IMG/VR virus record: IMGVR_UViG_3300043958_000214
Strand: one strand, 5' to 3'
DNA: 38,844 nucleotides
From: a virus
Positions 25,820 to 35,080 of this stretch are shown in pieces. The number at the start of each line of letters is the position of its first letter. Position 1 is the first letter of the stretch. The notes beneath the pieces are model-generated. The model ran no database searches and was not told the DNA's origin. It saw nothing but the letters and a program-made list of their open reading frames with translations. The translations under genes were made by a program, and so were the position numbers.

Positions 25820-26479
25820 ATGACCACTATCTCCGTACGTGCCGCCGTCAGGTCCCACACTGGGATCATGGATGACGGAATGCTCGAGCTCCGGTGGACA
25901 GACATCACCGGCGGTCAACGCTTCGCGGACACCGCAGACCCAGACCCTCATCGCGTCCTGCACCTCACCCCGCCTCAGAGGATCGCCATGCAAAAGCATG
26001 CTGAGCGTATGCTCGCCCAGCATGCCGCCCACGTCTTCGCGCCTTTCGGCGCTCTTATCGACGGCTCGCAGGTCCACTGGCCGCGGGAGCGGAGCGACGA
26101 GTGGAGGGCGATCCTACGCAGAGAGATGCCCGGACTCGTCGCGGACCTTATCGACGTCGACCTCGACGATGTGCGCGAGCGATGGCGGACCCAGGAGGAA
26201 AAGGCGTTCATCCTCGCCCGCCCTCCTCGCCCGGAAGGTCAGATCGCCACCTGGGAAGCCGGCGCCAGGGACCATCAGCAGATGCGGGAGATCACAATGC
26301 CTACGAACTCACGCTCCCCGCAGGAGTGGCGCGCACTCGCTGACGGCACCCTCCATCGTGCTGGATGGAGACGCATCGAAGAGTGGTGGTCTCCCCTTCC
26401 CGGAGCCGTAGCCGCCCACATCGAGCCAGCCACCGCCACGCATGCCTCATGCGCAAAAGGCAGGTCAACCGTAGACTGA
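25820..26479 (+). CDS. Hypothetical protein
   Basis: Protein-like ORF; start uncertain. Confidence 0.55.
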   Translation: MTTISVRAAVRSHTGIMDDGMLELRWTDITGGQRFADTADPDPHRVLHLTPPQRIAMQKHAERMLAQHAAHVFAPFGALIDGSQVHWPRERSDEWRAILRREMPGLVADLIDVDLDDVRERWRTQEEKAFILARPPRPEGQIATWEAGARDHQQMREITMPTNSRSPQEWRALADGTLHRAGWRRIEEWWSPLPGAVAAHIEPATATHASCAKGRSTVD

Positions 26480-26541
26480 CCGTCCCCTCGATGCCGGGTC
26501 GTTGGCACCGCCCAACCCAGCCGGCCTTCCACTCGCCTAGG

Positions 26542-27510
26542 TCAGATGTGCCGCCACGCGTAAACGAGAGCCCGATCATCTAAGGGCGCACCTTCGGGAC
26601 CCCGGATGTAGGTGTCGATCCATTGGAGGCGACGTAAACCCCGCCCCGGCCCATAAGGCTGATGCGTCCAATGCCCGCGCACAACATGCCGACGCGTCAA
26701 CACCCGACCAGAAGACCCGGCCACCCCTTCCTCCGGTACGTGACGCGGAGGACGCAAATCCACCACCCTCACCCGCCCAGCCTCAGGCGTCCCCGGCACA
26801 GCCACCCTCCCGCTTCGTGCCTCTATGACAGATTACGACACAGTGGTCGGCGTACGCATGAGGACCCACATCGCCGACAAAAACGCGAGAATCCCACGAT
26901 TCCCTTCGTTAGACAGCGGGCTACCCTCACGATCGACCGCATGCAACTCCGCGAAGACCACCGGGATAGGAGCCATCATCTCCGAGATCGACACGAGCTC
27001 CGACTGACCCGGATACACCGGCAGCGGAAGGCGCTCAGGTCTGCAATAGATGTCGACCCGGACGGCCCCCGGCGACAGGCTCCACCCGATCGCATCCACC
27101 GGCACCGGATCCATATACGGGATATCTGTCCGTAAGCCATCACGCAGACTCAACCCACCGAAACCGCGCGTGTCAATGGGTGGCAGAGGGGACTGGAAGA
27201 CGACGAACGCGCGATCCTCCGGGCAATCGGCATCGTCTATGGCTGGCACGTCCTGAGAAGCGTCGATCACCACTCTCGCCATGCTTTCGCTCACCCAGAT
27301 GAGGGTGGACCCCCCAGCGCTCTCGGCGGCTTCCTCATAGGTACGTACATGCCCCATGAGAGCCCCCGCCATCGGCACGCCCACACGACGCGCCTCTTCC
27401 GCGAGGGCTCGAAGACGCTCTTCCTCCTCACGCAACGAGACGACCAGCCGGTTCCTGATCCCCGGAAGCGCTCGCGGACCCCACCCAGAGGGCCCCCGTC
27501 GACGGCTCAT
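26542..27510 (-). pseudogene. Actinophage/plasmid-type protein with C-terminal VRGHW...YGPG...W motif, split by an in-frame TAA at 26833-26835
   Basis: ORFs 26833-27603 and 26542-26805 share one frame, separated by a single stop. Confidence 0.65.
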
Positions 27511-27746
27511 TGTGCCCGCCCGCGCGTGGTGAGGACACGCTCTTGCCGCACCATCGCCGAAGCGAATGTCGGGACATCGCTTGACGGGAACCTCGTGCCC
27601 CAACGCCGCGGAATCACACGCATATCATCGACGATACGCACGCGGATGGTCTTCTCGCAGCCCCACGATCGCCACGCCACCGAATGCGAGGTGTCCTCCA
27701 CTACGCCGCGGTAGCGCGCTTGGGAGGTGACCAGGTGGTGCCGCGT

Positions 27747-28436
27747 TCACCGACCGGCGTAGGCGACCTCGAAGGACTCGCCATTACGGAGGCTCTCAAA
27801 GTTGGGAGTGGTGACTACCCAGCCGGCCGCTCGAAGAGCCTCCCGGTAACGATCGGGTTCCCACTCCTCGTCGACCCAATCCGCTCCACCCTCCGCGCTG
27901 GGTGCGTAGTCCACGATCGTCGCCGCGGTCTCACCGTCAATGACGGCGAAATCCACGTCCTCGGCGTCCGGGACCTCGATGGCGATCTGCGTGCTGCCGT
28001 CACGGAAACACGCCGTCGCCTTCGTGCGCGCATGCCTGGCAAGAATCGCGCCTGCGTCGATATCGCCGATTTCTTCGACAATGGAGGCCCTCTCCTCCTC
28101 CGTCAGCGAATCATCCGATGCGGGGCCGACGATGAACGAGCCGTCGATCTCCCAGTTCGGACGGTACCGATGCAGGATCTCAGTGACCTCGCCCTCGAAC
28201 TCCTCGGTCGCCGCGTCTAGGTTGTAGTCATCGGCGTGATCGCCCGCGACCTCAGGCAGACCCCAACCATCTGCGAGATCATCCCCGCTCAGATAGGCCG
28301 CGGCGTTGCTCGTGATCTGCGTGCTCGGCTCGATCAAGCTCACCCCTTCCGCTTCGGCGTGGTCCTTCGGGCTGTACTGGCCGACGTTGGCGGGGTTCCC
28401 GCCGCGCCGATGTTTTGTCTCGTCGTAGGTGCTCAT
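27747..28436 (-). CDS. Shared-leader protein 2 (acidic)
   Basis: MSTYDETKHRRGGNPANVGQYSPKDHAEAEGV. Confidence 0.8.
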   Translation of the reverse strand: MSTYDETKHRRGGNPANVGQYSPKDHAEAEGVSLIEPSTQITSNAAAYLSGDDLADGWGLPEVAGDHADDYNLDAATEEFEGEVTEILHRYRPNWEIDGSFIVGPASDDSLTEEERASIVEEIGDIDAGAILARHARTKATACFRDGSTQIAIEVPDAEDVDFAVIDGETAATIVDYAPSAEGGADWVDEEWEPDRYREALRAAGWVVTTPNFESLRNGESFEVAYAGR

Positions 28437-28484
28437 ACCTCTCCTTGTGCGGCCCCGCACCACTACTATGACACAGCACACCCG
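28342..28484. repeat. 143-bp near-identical direct repeat (promoter plus leader coding sequence); second copy 29574-29716
   Basis: Offset of 1232 bp; aligned by eye; a more diverged copy sits at about 22395-22508. Confidence 0.85.
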
Positions 28485-28960
28485 GCCATCTGCCACTTCT
28501 CCCTCAACAGCCACCACCCATCCCACCCGGACGGAGCCTGGACCGGCTTCTTGTCCTCGACCTGCGGAGCCATCAGGGCATACGCGGGACGCAGAACCGA
28601 TAACAGATGCTCGCGGCGCTCTTCGGAGACAGGCTCCGGGGTCCACAGAGACACCCCGGTCCACCTGGCGACGGGCGAAGCCCCGAAGCGGGCATCGTCG
28701 TAGTCACTGACGAACCGTTCCCAGGTGATAGGGCGATCCCCGACGACGTCAAACAGGGCACTGAGCGTGCCGAGATGGACACCGAGGACCCCGCGCGTGC
28801 GCCTCACGTAGAGGACATCGACCTGAGCGAAGGTATGAGTCGTCCCTCTCGGCGTCGTAAAGCGACCGTACGGGGTCGGATGGGCGAAGCCGTCCTCACC
28901 GAGAGCGACCGCGTACGGCTTTCTCGAAAGAACGAACCGGTCGGTTCGCAGTAGTGGCAT
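28466..28960 (-). CDS. Hypothetical protein
   Basis: GGAAGG RBS; promoter motif at 29011. Confidence 0.65.
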   Translation of the reverse strand: MPLLRTDRFVLSRKPYAVALGEDGFAHPTPYGRFTTPRGTTHTFAQVDVLYVRRTRGVLGVHLGTLSALFDVVGDRPITWERFVSDYDDARFGASPVARWTGVSLWTPEPVSEERREHLLSVLRPAYALMAPQVEDKKPVQAPSGWDGWWLLREKWQMAGCAVS

Positions 28961-29038
28961 CCGGGGCCGCCTTCCGCTCTCGGAACCGTTTCGTGGTTCC
29001 TCCTCACTTCGTTGTGAGACAAGGGGAGGATTGGCGCA

Positions 29039-29668
29039 TCAATACTCACCGGAGCCTACGTTCCAGACATCCTGCCAGTGCTCTCCGAAGAATTCCTCAG
29101 CACGCTCGGCCTGCTCTGCAAGCGCCCGAGACTTGGATTCCATACGCTCCAGATCCTCTTCATCTTCGATGGATTCTCCGAGCTCGTCCGCGAGTTCATC
29201 TGGGCTCATCCTCACAAAGTCGGCGTCTTCGGCGAACATGCGGACGGTCTGCGCGGCGTTCGGGCCGGATTGATGGATTCCGGTCCAAATGTCGGTGGCG
29301 AGGTGCTGCTCATCGCCACCGCTGTTGACGCGGTAGAGATGGACGATGTAGTGATCCTGATAGGCACCATGACGGTCATCGGACCCCAGGTACTGCGCGG
29401 TAGCAGTAACGCCGATAGATTCCAATAGATTCGCCGTCTCAATCTCCTCGTTGGGGAGGTCGAGGTGCCACGGGTTCAACATCGGGATGGGAGTCTCATC
29501 AATCGGGTGTGGCGCGTAACCCGTCAAGTCCCCGTGCGTGCCGGGGTCAAGTACCTTCTCTTTCATCAGAGCAACCCCCTCCGCTTCGGCGTGGTCCTTC
29601 GGGCTGTACTGGCCGACGTTGGCGGGGTTCCCACCGCGCCGGTGCTTCGTCTCGTCGTATGTGCTCAC
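29039..29668 (-). CDS. Shared-leader protein 3 (acidic)
   Basis: GTG start, then STYDETKHRRGGNPANVGQYSPKDHAEAEGV. Confidence 0.8.
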   Translation of the reverse strand: MSTYDETKHRRGGNPANVGQYSPKDHAEAEGVALMKEKVLDPGTHGDLTGYAPHPIDETPIPMLNPWHLDLPNEEIETANLLESIGVTATAQYLGSDDRHGAYQDHYIVHLYRVNSGGDEQHLATDIWTGIHQSGPNAAQTVRMFAEDADFVRMSPDELADELGESIEDEEDLERMESKSRALAEQAERAEEFFGEHWQDVWNVGSGEY

Positions 29669-29827
29669 ACCTTTCCTTGTGCGGCCCCGCACCGCTACTT
29701 TGACACAGCACACCCGAGGTCTCTGTTGCTTTCGTTGCAAGGCGAAGGGCTGGACGACGGCCGGCGAGCATCGGGGGTAGACGTCTAGAATGGTGCACCG
29801 GCCGAGGAGGAGTGGCACACACGAGGC

Positions 29828-30265
29828 ATGAGGACGATTCCCTTTACGGTTCTATCCGAACGCGCCACTCCCCCGTCTCGCGCCCATGAAGGCGATGCCG
29901 GCATCGACCTTTCCGCCTCGACGGCGGTGATCCTGGAGCCCGGCGAGAGGGCGCTTGTCGAAACGGGCCTGGCTGTCGCGATTCCGATTGGACACGTCGG
30001 TTTCGTCTGTCCTCGTTCCGGGCTGGCTATCAGGAAAGGCGTGACCGTCCTGAACGCGCCCGGCGTCATCGATGCCGGTTACCGTGGCGAACTGAAGGTC
30101 GCGCTCATTAATCTGGGGCGAGAGCGCGTCTCGATCCGTGTCGGTGAGCGGATCGCCCAGCTTGTCATCCAGCGGGTGGAAACCCCTGGGGTCGTCATGG
30201 TCGACGAACTCCCCCCATCGCTCGACGGCCGGGGCGAAGGCGGGTTCGGCTCCAGCGGACGCTGA
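29828..30265 (+). CDS. dut: dUTP diphosphatase (trimeric dUTPase)
   Basis: [30 protein letters not shown] and [10 protein letters not shown] motifs. Confidence 0.97.
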   Translation: MRTIPFTVLSERATPPSRAHEGDAGIDLSASTAVILEPGERALVETGLAVAIPIGHVGFVCPRSGLAIRKGVTVLNAPGVIDAGYRGELKVALINLGRERVSIRVGERIAQLVIQRVETPGVVMVDELPPSLDGRGEGGFGSSGR

Positions 30266-30301
30266 TCCACCGGGGTCAGGCGTCGGGCGGGTCTGTGCGG
30301 C

Positions 30302-30766
30302 TCACCATCTCGGCGACTCCATGCGGGCGATCGAGCGGACCCAACGCTCGATCCTCGGTGACAGGCGCTCCGCGGTCTCGCCGTCCACGCCGGCGTCCGT
30401 GAGGATGGCCCGCAGTTCAGCGGCGGTCATGCGCGCTCTTTTCGCTTTCGCCACCTGCCTGTGGGCGTAAGTTGTCTCGTCTCGGGTGCGTTTCGCGACC
30501 TCGGCCAGGACACTACGCTGTTGCTTCGACCGTACGGCGATATGGTTGAGGACATCGGCTGCACAGGTTCGGATCCCTTGCTCGCTCCAGTCTCCGATCG
30601 CGAAGTGCCACACTTCGTGCCAGAACCAGCGGCCCTTTCGTTGGACCGCCAGCCCGGGCCCGAAGTCTTCGACGGCACGCCAGCGGTAGCCCTCGGGAAG
30701 AGGGGCGAACTTGTCTGCGATCTGCACGGGCTCTAGGGCCGGCTCCGTCTCGTCATTCTCGCTCAT
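30302..30766 (-). CDS. Hypothetical protein
   Basis: Probably leaderless (motif 6 nt upstream); PLPEGYRW resembles the repeated domain of 13095-13802. Confidence 0.65.
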   Translation of the reverse strand: MSENDETEPALEPVQIADKFAPLPEGYRWRAVEDFGPGLAVQRKGRWFWHEVWHFAIGDWSEQGIRTCAADVLNHIAVRSKQQRSVLAEVAKRTRDETTYAHRQVAKAKRARMTAAELRAILTDAGVDGETAERLSPRIERWVRSIARMESPRW

Positions 30767-30808
30767 ACTTCTGTTGTGGGGCACTGGACCCACTCGCGCG
30801 CCGACTTA

Positions 30809-31390
30809 CTAGAAGAGGTCCGTGATCCCGAACGTCGTACGGTGGTAGATCGCGCTGCGCAGGGCTCGCTTGGGGTTTCGGATCCAGCCGACCCCCTTCT
30901 TCCCGTACCAGGGAATGATGGCTCGCTTCAGGGCTCTCGTCAGTCGGCCGGTGGTCCGAGCGGCGATAGACTTCCGCGGGCTAAACTCGCGTAGGCCAAC
31001 CTTTGGGAGCTTCCTCGGCCTACGAGGCCGAGCCGAGGCTTGCGGGGACTGAAGCGAATCAGGCTTACGGGTATCAGAACTAGTGTGTTGATATAGATTT
31101 GAACAATTTCGCTTCAATTGATTCCAGTTCCATTCAGTTCTTATGTTTTGAGCAGGAATAGACTGTTTTCGGTAGGGTTTTCGCCCGGGCTGGACGGTCT
31201 TGGACCGGAAGTGTTCACGTGCCAGAACCCTCCACGCCTCGGACTCGACGCGGCGACGCTGCGCTGGGGTCAGCGTCGCCTGCGGGATCGCGCCGACCAG
31301 CGAGATGCTTGAGTCTGAGTGCCGGGCCGGAGCGAACCTCCCGCCGCCCAACGGGGAGCCCGCCGGCTGACGGTTCTCATTGCGCTCCAT
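30809..31390 (-). CDS. Shared-leader protein 4 (variant leader) fused to a basic conserved prophage domain
   Basis: RQPAGSPLGGGRFAPARHSDSSISL N-terminus; C-terminal SIAARTTG...IPWYGKKGVGWIRNPKRA...TTFGITDLF. Confidence 0.7.
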   Translation of the reverse strand: MERNENRQPAGSPLGGGRFAPARHSDSSISLVGAIPQATLTPAQRRRVESEAWRVLAREHFRSKTVQPGRKPYRKQSIPAQNIRTEWNWNQLKRNCSNLYQHTSSDTRKPDSLQSPQASARPRRPRKLPKVGLREFSPRKSIAARTTGRLTRALKRAIIPWYGKKGVGWIRNPKRALRSAIYHRTTFGITDLF

Positions 31391-31542
31391 GGGACTCCTT
31401 GTGCGGTTGGATCAAGCGGACCGCTACGAACCGGTATGAATACCGTGCATGGGGAACGGCGCTGTCTCACAACATCCGTGACGACGTTCGGCCGTCGACG
31501 CCCACGTGGCGCATGCTCATCACCAACTGCGAAGGAAGTCCA

Positions 31543-31776
31543 ATGTTCACCATCCCCCAGGTCGCCGAGGAGCTGGGCACCACTCCCGCCCTCCTGTTCG
31601 ATCTGATCGCTTCCGGCGACATCGTGCCGGTGGAGGGCCCTCTGCTCTCCCGCGATCAGGTCGAGGCTCTGCGCGAGAAGCTCCCCGACAACAGGTCCGA
31701 ACTCATCCGACGCCTCCGCGACGAGCAGGTCATCGACGACGCCATCGCCGAGGGGAGCAAACTTCTCGAAAAGTGA
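31543..31776 (+). CDS. Excisionase/MerR-like HTH protein
   Basis: MFTIPQVAEELGTTPALLFDLIASGDI; GAAGGA RBS. Confidence 0.65.
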   Translation: MFTIPQVAEELGTTPALLFDLIASGDIVPVEGPLLSRDQVEALREKLPDNRSELIRRLRDEQVIDDAIAEGSKLLEK

Positions 31777-31800
31777 GCTGTCGGCACGCGACCGCCTTCA

Positions 31801-32304
31801 TCAGGCGGGGAGGACGCACACGCCCAGCCCAGACTCCCCGACGGCTCGAGCGCACTCTCCTCCCCAAGCCAACAGCATCGACCCGGATCCGGGCGCCCCA
31901 CCCCTCTCGGTCGTCCCGCCCTTGATGAAGTGGATGCGGCCGGCGACGAAGCAGATCACATCCGACGTCGGGGCAACCTCTTGGAACCAGGCGGGGTCGG
32001 TGCGCGCGAAGACGAGAGCGATACCCGACCCGCCCGCCGCGGCATGGTCCCGCATCCTGCGCATCCACGCGGACGTATGAGCACCGTAAGGCGGATTCAA
32101 GAACACGCGCCCTTCCCAGGGGGACGCTAAGCCGTCGTCGATCCGGGTGAGGACGCGGTCTGCGGGGACGAAGGACTTCCCCGGGCCCGGCGAACACGGG
32201 TCGAGGTCGAAACGAAGGCCCAGAGCATCGAAGATCTCTGGCGGGGTGTACCACTCGACGGAGTTGATATGGGGCGATTCGTGGGTGAAGCCGGAGGCTG
32301 GCAT
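31801..32304 (-). CDS. Phage-type DNA N6-adenine methyltransferase
   Basis: EWYTPP, FDLDPCS, VFLNPPYG, ARTD..WFQ, GRIHF. Confidence 0.9.
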   Translation of the reverse strand: MPASGFTHESPHINSVEWYTPPEIFDALGLRFDLDPCSPGPGKSFVPADRVLTRIDDGLASPWEGRVFLNPPYGAHTSAWMRRMRDHAAAGGSGIALVFARTDPAWFQEVAPTSDVICFVAGRIHFIKGGTTERGGAPGSGSMLLAWGGECARAVGESGLGVCVLPA

Positions 32305-32338
32305 GCCATGTGTGTGCCCCCCGCCCGCCGCCAGCGGA

Positions 32339-32872
32339 CTACCCCCAGTGGGTTGTCCGGCATTCCGGGCACCGGCACCGGAGCCTGTACCCGCCTTCGG
32401 TTCCGTGAGCGATATCCGGATCCCGCCCGCTCATCAGGGCGTCGTCGAGTTCACGGCGCCACTCTTCGTTCCACTTGGCGATCCCGTGGAGACGCTGGGG
32501 TGTCAGGCCTGTTTCCTCTCTGACCTCCTCGAATGTGCCGCCAGAAGAGAGGATCTCAATGACCGTGCTCTTATGGTCGGCGAGCAGGTTGAGCGCCTGC
32601 GCGCGCCTGGATCCGCGCAGGTGAGCGTTATGGGCGGCGAGGCACTCGTCGCACGGGCAACCAGCCCTCCATCGTGTCTCAGTGCCGTGGTCGGCCCGGA
32701 TCCCACCATGGCGCCCATTGTCAGCGGCCTTGTTCTGGGCTTTTCTGACTTGGGCGAGAGTCCATGGTCCTTCGCCCAGATAGCCGATCCGTACCCATCT
32801 TTCCACCGTGGTGGAGGCGACGCCGACGGCTTGCGCTGCTTTTCTGCACGATTCGAGTCGCTTCGCCGTCAT
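32339..32872 (-). CDS. HTH protein with two HGT...CxCxxC metal-binding motifs
   Basis: AAQAVGVASTTVERW; HGTETRWRAGCPCDEC; HGTEGGYRLRCRCPEC. Confidence 0.75.
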   Translation of the reverse strand: MTAKRLESCRKAAQAVGVASTTVERWVRIGYLGEGPWTLAQVRKAQNKAADNGRHGGIRADHGTETRWRAGCPCDECLAAHNAHLRGSRRAQALNLLADHKSTVIEILSSGGTFEEVREETGLTPQRLHGIAKWNEEWRRELDDALMSGRDPDIAHGTEGGYRLRCRCPECRTTHWG

Positions 32873-32893
32873 CGTCCGCCCTCCCGCAGAAAC

Positions 32894-32922
32894 CTGTTCA
32901 TCCCCGCACTCGCGGGGACGTT
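32894..32922 (-). CRISPR. Solitary type I-E-like repeat unit, intergenic
   Basis: Minus strand AACGTCCCCGCGAGTGCGGGGATGAACAG; 29 nt with the 5+6+4+6+8 layout; no partner repeat about 61 nt away. Confidence 0.5.
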
Positions 32923-32962
32923 TAGAGGCTACCTGGGCGACGCCGGCGAATCCACTCGGCTC

Positions 32963-33193
32963 TCAGCGCACATACGTGTTCGCGGGCACGTCGGCGTAGC
33001 CGTGGTCGCAGAAGTACCGGACGACGGCCGACGCTTCTGCGTCGAAGTTGATGGCCTGGAGGACCTCGCCGAACGTGGCTCCGTCTTCGGCGAGAAAGAC
33101 GATGAGGTCGCTGGTAGCCTGCGTGGTGGACGCGAAAGGACGTTTGCGGCCTGGCAGTACCCAGTCGACACCCAGATCGAGACGTCTACTCAC
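32963..33193 (-). CDS. Hypothetical protein
   Basis: AAGGAG RBS before GTG. Confidence 0.55.
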   Translation of the reverse strand: MSRRLDLGVDWVLPGRKRPFASTTQATSDLIVFLAEDGATFGEVLQAINFDAEASAVVRYFCDHGYADVPANTYVR

Positions 33194-33302
33194 TCTCCTT
33201 CACCCTCGTGAAACTGATCGAGTTCGGCGCAGCCCTGGTGAACGGGTCCCGGACGGCAACTCTCGACAAGGATGGAACTCAGAAGATCCGCAACAACTGG
33301 AT

Positions 33303-34349
33303 CTACTTGGATGACTCCCCTCTTAGCTGAATCTCGCTCAGGGGCTTGATTGAGTTCGCAGCGAGGGCCGCATACTCTCCATCTCGTTCAATACCTATGC
33401 TCTCGTAGCCGACCGCTTCCGCGGCTGCCAAGGTTGATCCAGACCCTGCGAAAGGGTCAAGGACGATGCCCTCGCCTAGCGGAAGAATTGCTCGAACAAC
33501 CTGTCGCAAGAATGCCTGGGGCTTTAGCGAGGGATGTGGAGCAATCTTACGTTCTGACGAGCGCGTTGGACCTGATCGGATCACATCTCCGAAGGGCTGA
33601 TCCTCAGAGATGCGCCTGAGCCCGCCCGTCTTCCATGTGCGAAGGTTCTGAGCCACTGTGCCTTCGACCGGTTTTCGGAAGAGCAACCAAGGCTCCCACA
33701 TGCTCCGTGGCATCACCGAGACATCTGCGAACTCCTCGTGGGCGTTCTTGGGGCGATCCCCTCCGCGCATCGTCTGGACGAGGCGAATCACCTCACCCCG
33801 GCGCTCAAAGCCTGCCATGTCTAAGGCTCTTGACACATGATGAGAAAGCAGTGGATTGCAGGCGAGCATGATGTGTCCGCCCGGGGTCAAGATTCGAAGC
33901 GCCTTCTCTCCAAACAACCGGAAGAAGCGCTCCAGGCTGTCGATATCGGCCGCGCTGAGCGTGGTAAACCTCGGGAGAGGCGAGCGCTGATGGCCGTCGA
34001 AGGAAGGCGGGATTCTCCAAACTCCACACTTGCCGTTTCTGAGCTTCGCCTGTTCGCGGGAGGTGTATTCGACCAGTCCGTAGGGCGGATCTGTGACGAT
34101 TCCGTGGATGCTTGACTCTGCTCTTTGGTCGAGCCAGTCGAGGCTGTCAGCATAGTAGAGCGTCGCCTTGCCGACAGTTGCTAGAGGTTCCTCAACGGAT
34201 GGTTCTGGCACTGCTGGCTCGGGAGGAGGCGTCTGGAGCAGCTGGTAGCGGACGTGCCCCAGCGAATCATCAACCGAACCGATGATCTCGCGCAGGGCGA
34301 GCGTGTCCTCTTCTGCGTCCACGCCCAAGGATCGGTGCGCCCGCCTCAC
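33303..34349 (-). CDS. N4-cytosine/N6-adenine DNA methyltransferase (beta class)
   Basis: IVTDPPYG, HPSLKP, VLDPFAGSGST; GTGA overlap with the upstream stop. Confidence 0.9.
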   Translation of the reverse strand: MRRAHRSLGVDAEEDTLALREIIGSVDDSLGHVRYQLLQTPPPEPAVPEPSVEEPLATVGKATLYYADSLDWLDQRAESSIHGIVTDPPYGLVEYTSREQAKLRNGKCGVWRIPPSFDGHQRSPLPRFTTLSAADIDSLERFFRLFGEKALRILTPGGHIMLACNPLLSHHVSRALDMAGFERRGEVIRLVQTMRGGDRPKNAHEEFADVSVMPRSMWEPWLLFRKPVEGTVAQNLRTWKTGGLRRISEDQPFGDVIRSGPTRSSERKIAPHPSLKPQAFLRQVVRAILPLGEGIVLDPFAGSGSTLAAAEAVGYESIGIERDGEYAALAANSIKPLSEIQLRGESSK

Positions 34350-35080
34350 GCGAATCCTCCACGCCACGCCATGCCCTCGGACTCCGCGGCTTGGCGGGTG
34401 GGCGCCTCGCTTGGGAACGGGTCCCAGATGGTCCCGCCCCGGGGTGTGGTCAGTCTGGCGAGTTCGCGCAGGAGTGCGAGCGGCGGCGTTCCGGTGTCGT
34501 CGGGTCCGGTCCAGAAGAAGCGGCTGGCTCCGCCTCTCTCGGCGCCCCTGGAGGGCGTGAGTTCGCGTTGGCCTGCGAACGGGTGGTAGACGGCTCGGAA
34601 CATGTCGCCTCCGCGTCGCGTGGGGTTCGCCCCGGACGTGAGGATCCCGGACTGTGTGTCCAGGGCGGCGACCGGGCAGGACGGGACGCAGCTTCCTGGG
34701 GTGCAGCCCACGGCGTGGGTGAACATGACGTCGGCCGGCCATCTTCCGACGGTCGAGGGCCCACCACCGATACGACACGCACCGACATTGAGCCCGCCGA
34801 CCCCGTGGCGAAGGACGTTGGCAGCGAATGTGCCGCCTGCAGGTTTGCGGGCGAGGACGATCGGGGTGATGGACCCGCCTTCGCGGATCCAGGCGATGGA
34901 GTCGAAGACGGTGAACCCGGCGTCCTCCACCTCGATGGCGAACCGGTGCCACGCGCCGAGGTGGGTGAGAGCGACGAGGTTCGCTCCCGGGAGGAGCCCG
35001 GCGAAGGTGTTTTCGGCCCAACCGTCGGGGCGCTCGTCGGGCGGGCAGGTGAGGACCGCGTGGGAGGGCGCACTCATCAT
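34346..35080 (-). CDS. Degenerate beta-class DNA methyltransferase paralogue (catalytic and SAM-binding motifs lost)
   Basis: VLTCPPD in place of DPPY; WDPFPSEAPT in place of DPFxGSGT; retains WHR...EDAGF, PIVLARKP and GRWPADV. Confidence 0.7.
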   Translation of the reverse strand: MMSAPSHAVLTCPPDERPDGWAENTFAGLLPGANLVALTHLGAWHRFAIEVEDAGFTVFDSIAWIREGGSITPIVLARKPAGGTFAANVLRHGVGGLNVGACRIGGGPSTVGRWPADVMFTHAVGCTPGSCVPSCPVAALDTQSGILTSGANPTRRGGDMFRAVYHPFAGQRELTPSRGAERGGASRFFWTGPDDTGTPPLALLRELARLTTPRGGTIWDPFPSEAPTRQAAESEGMAWRGGFA

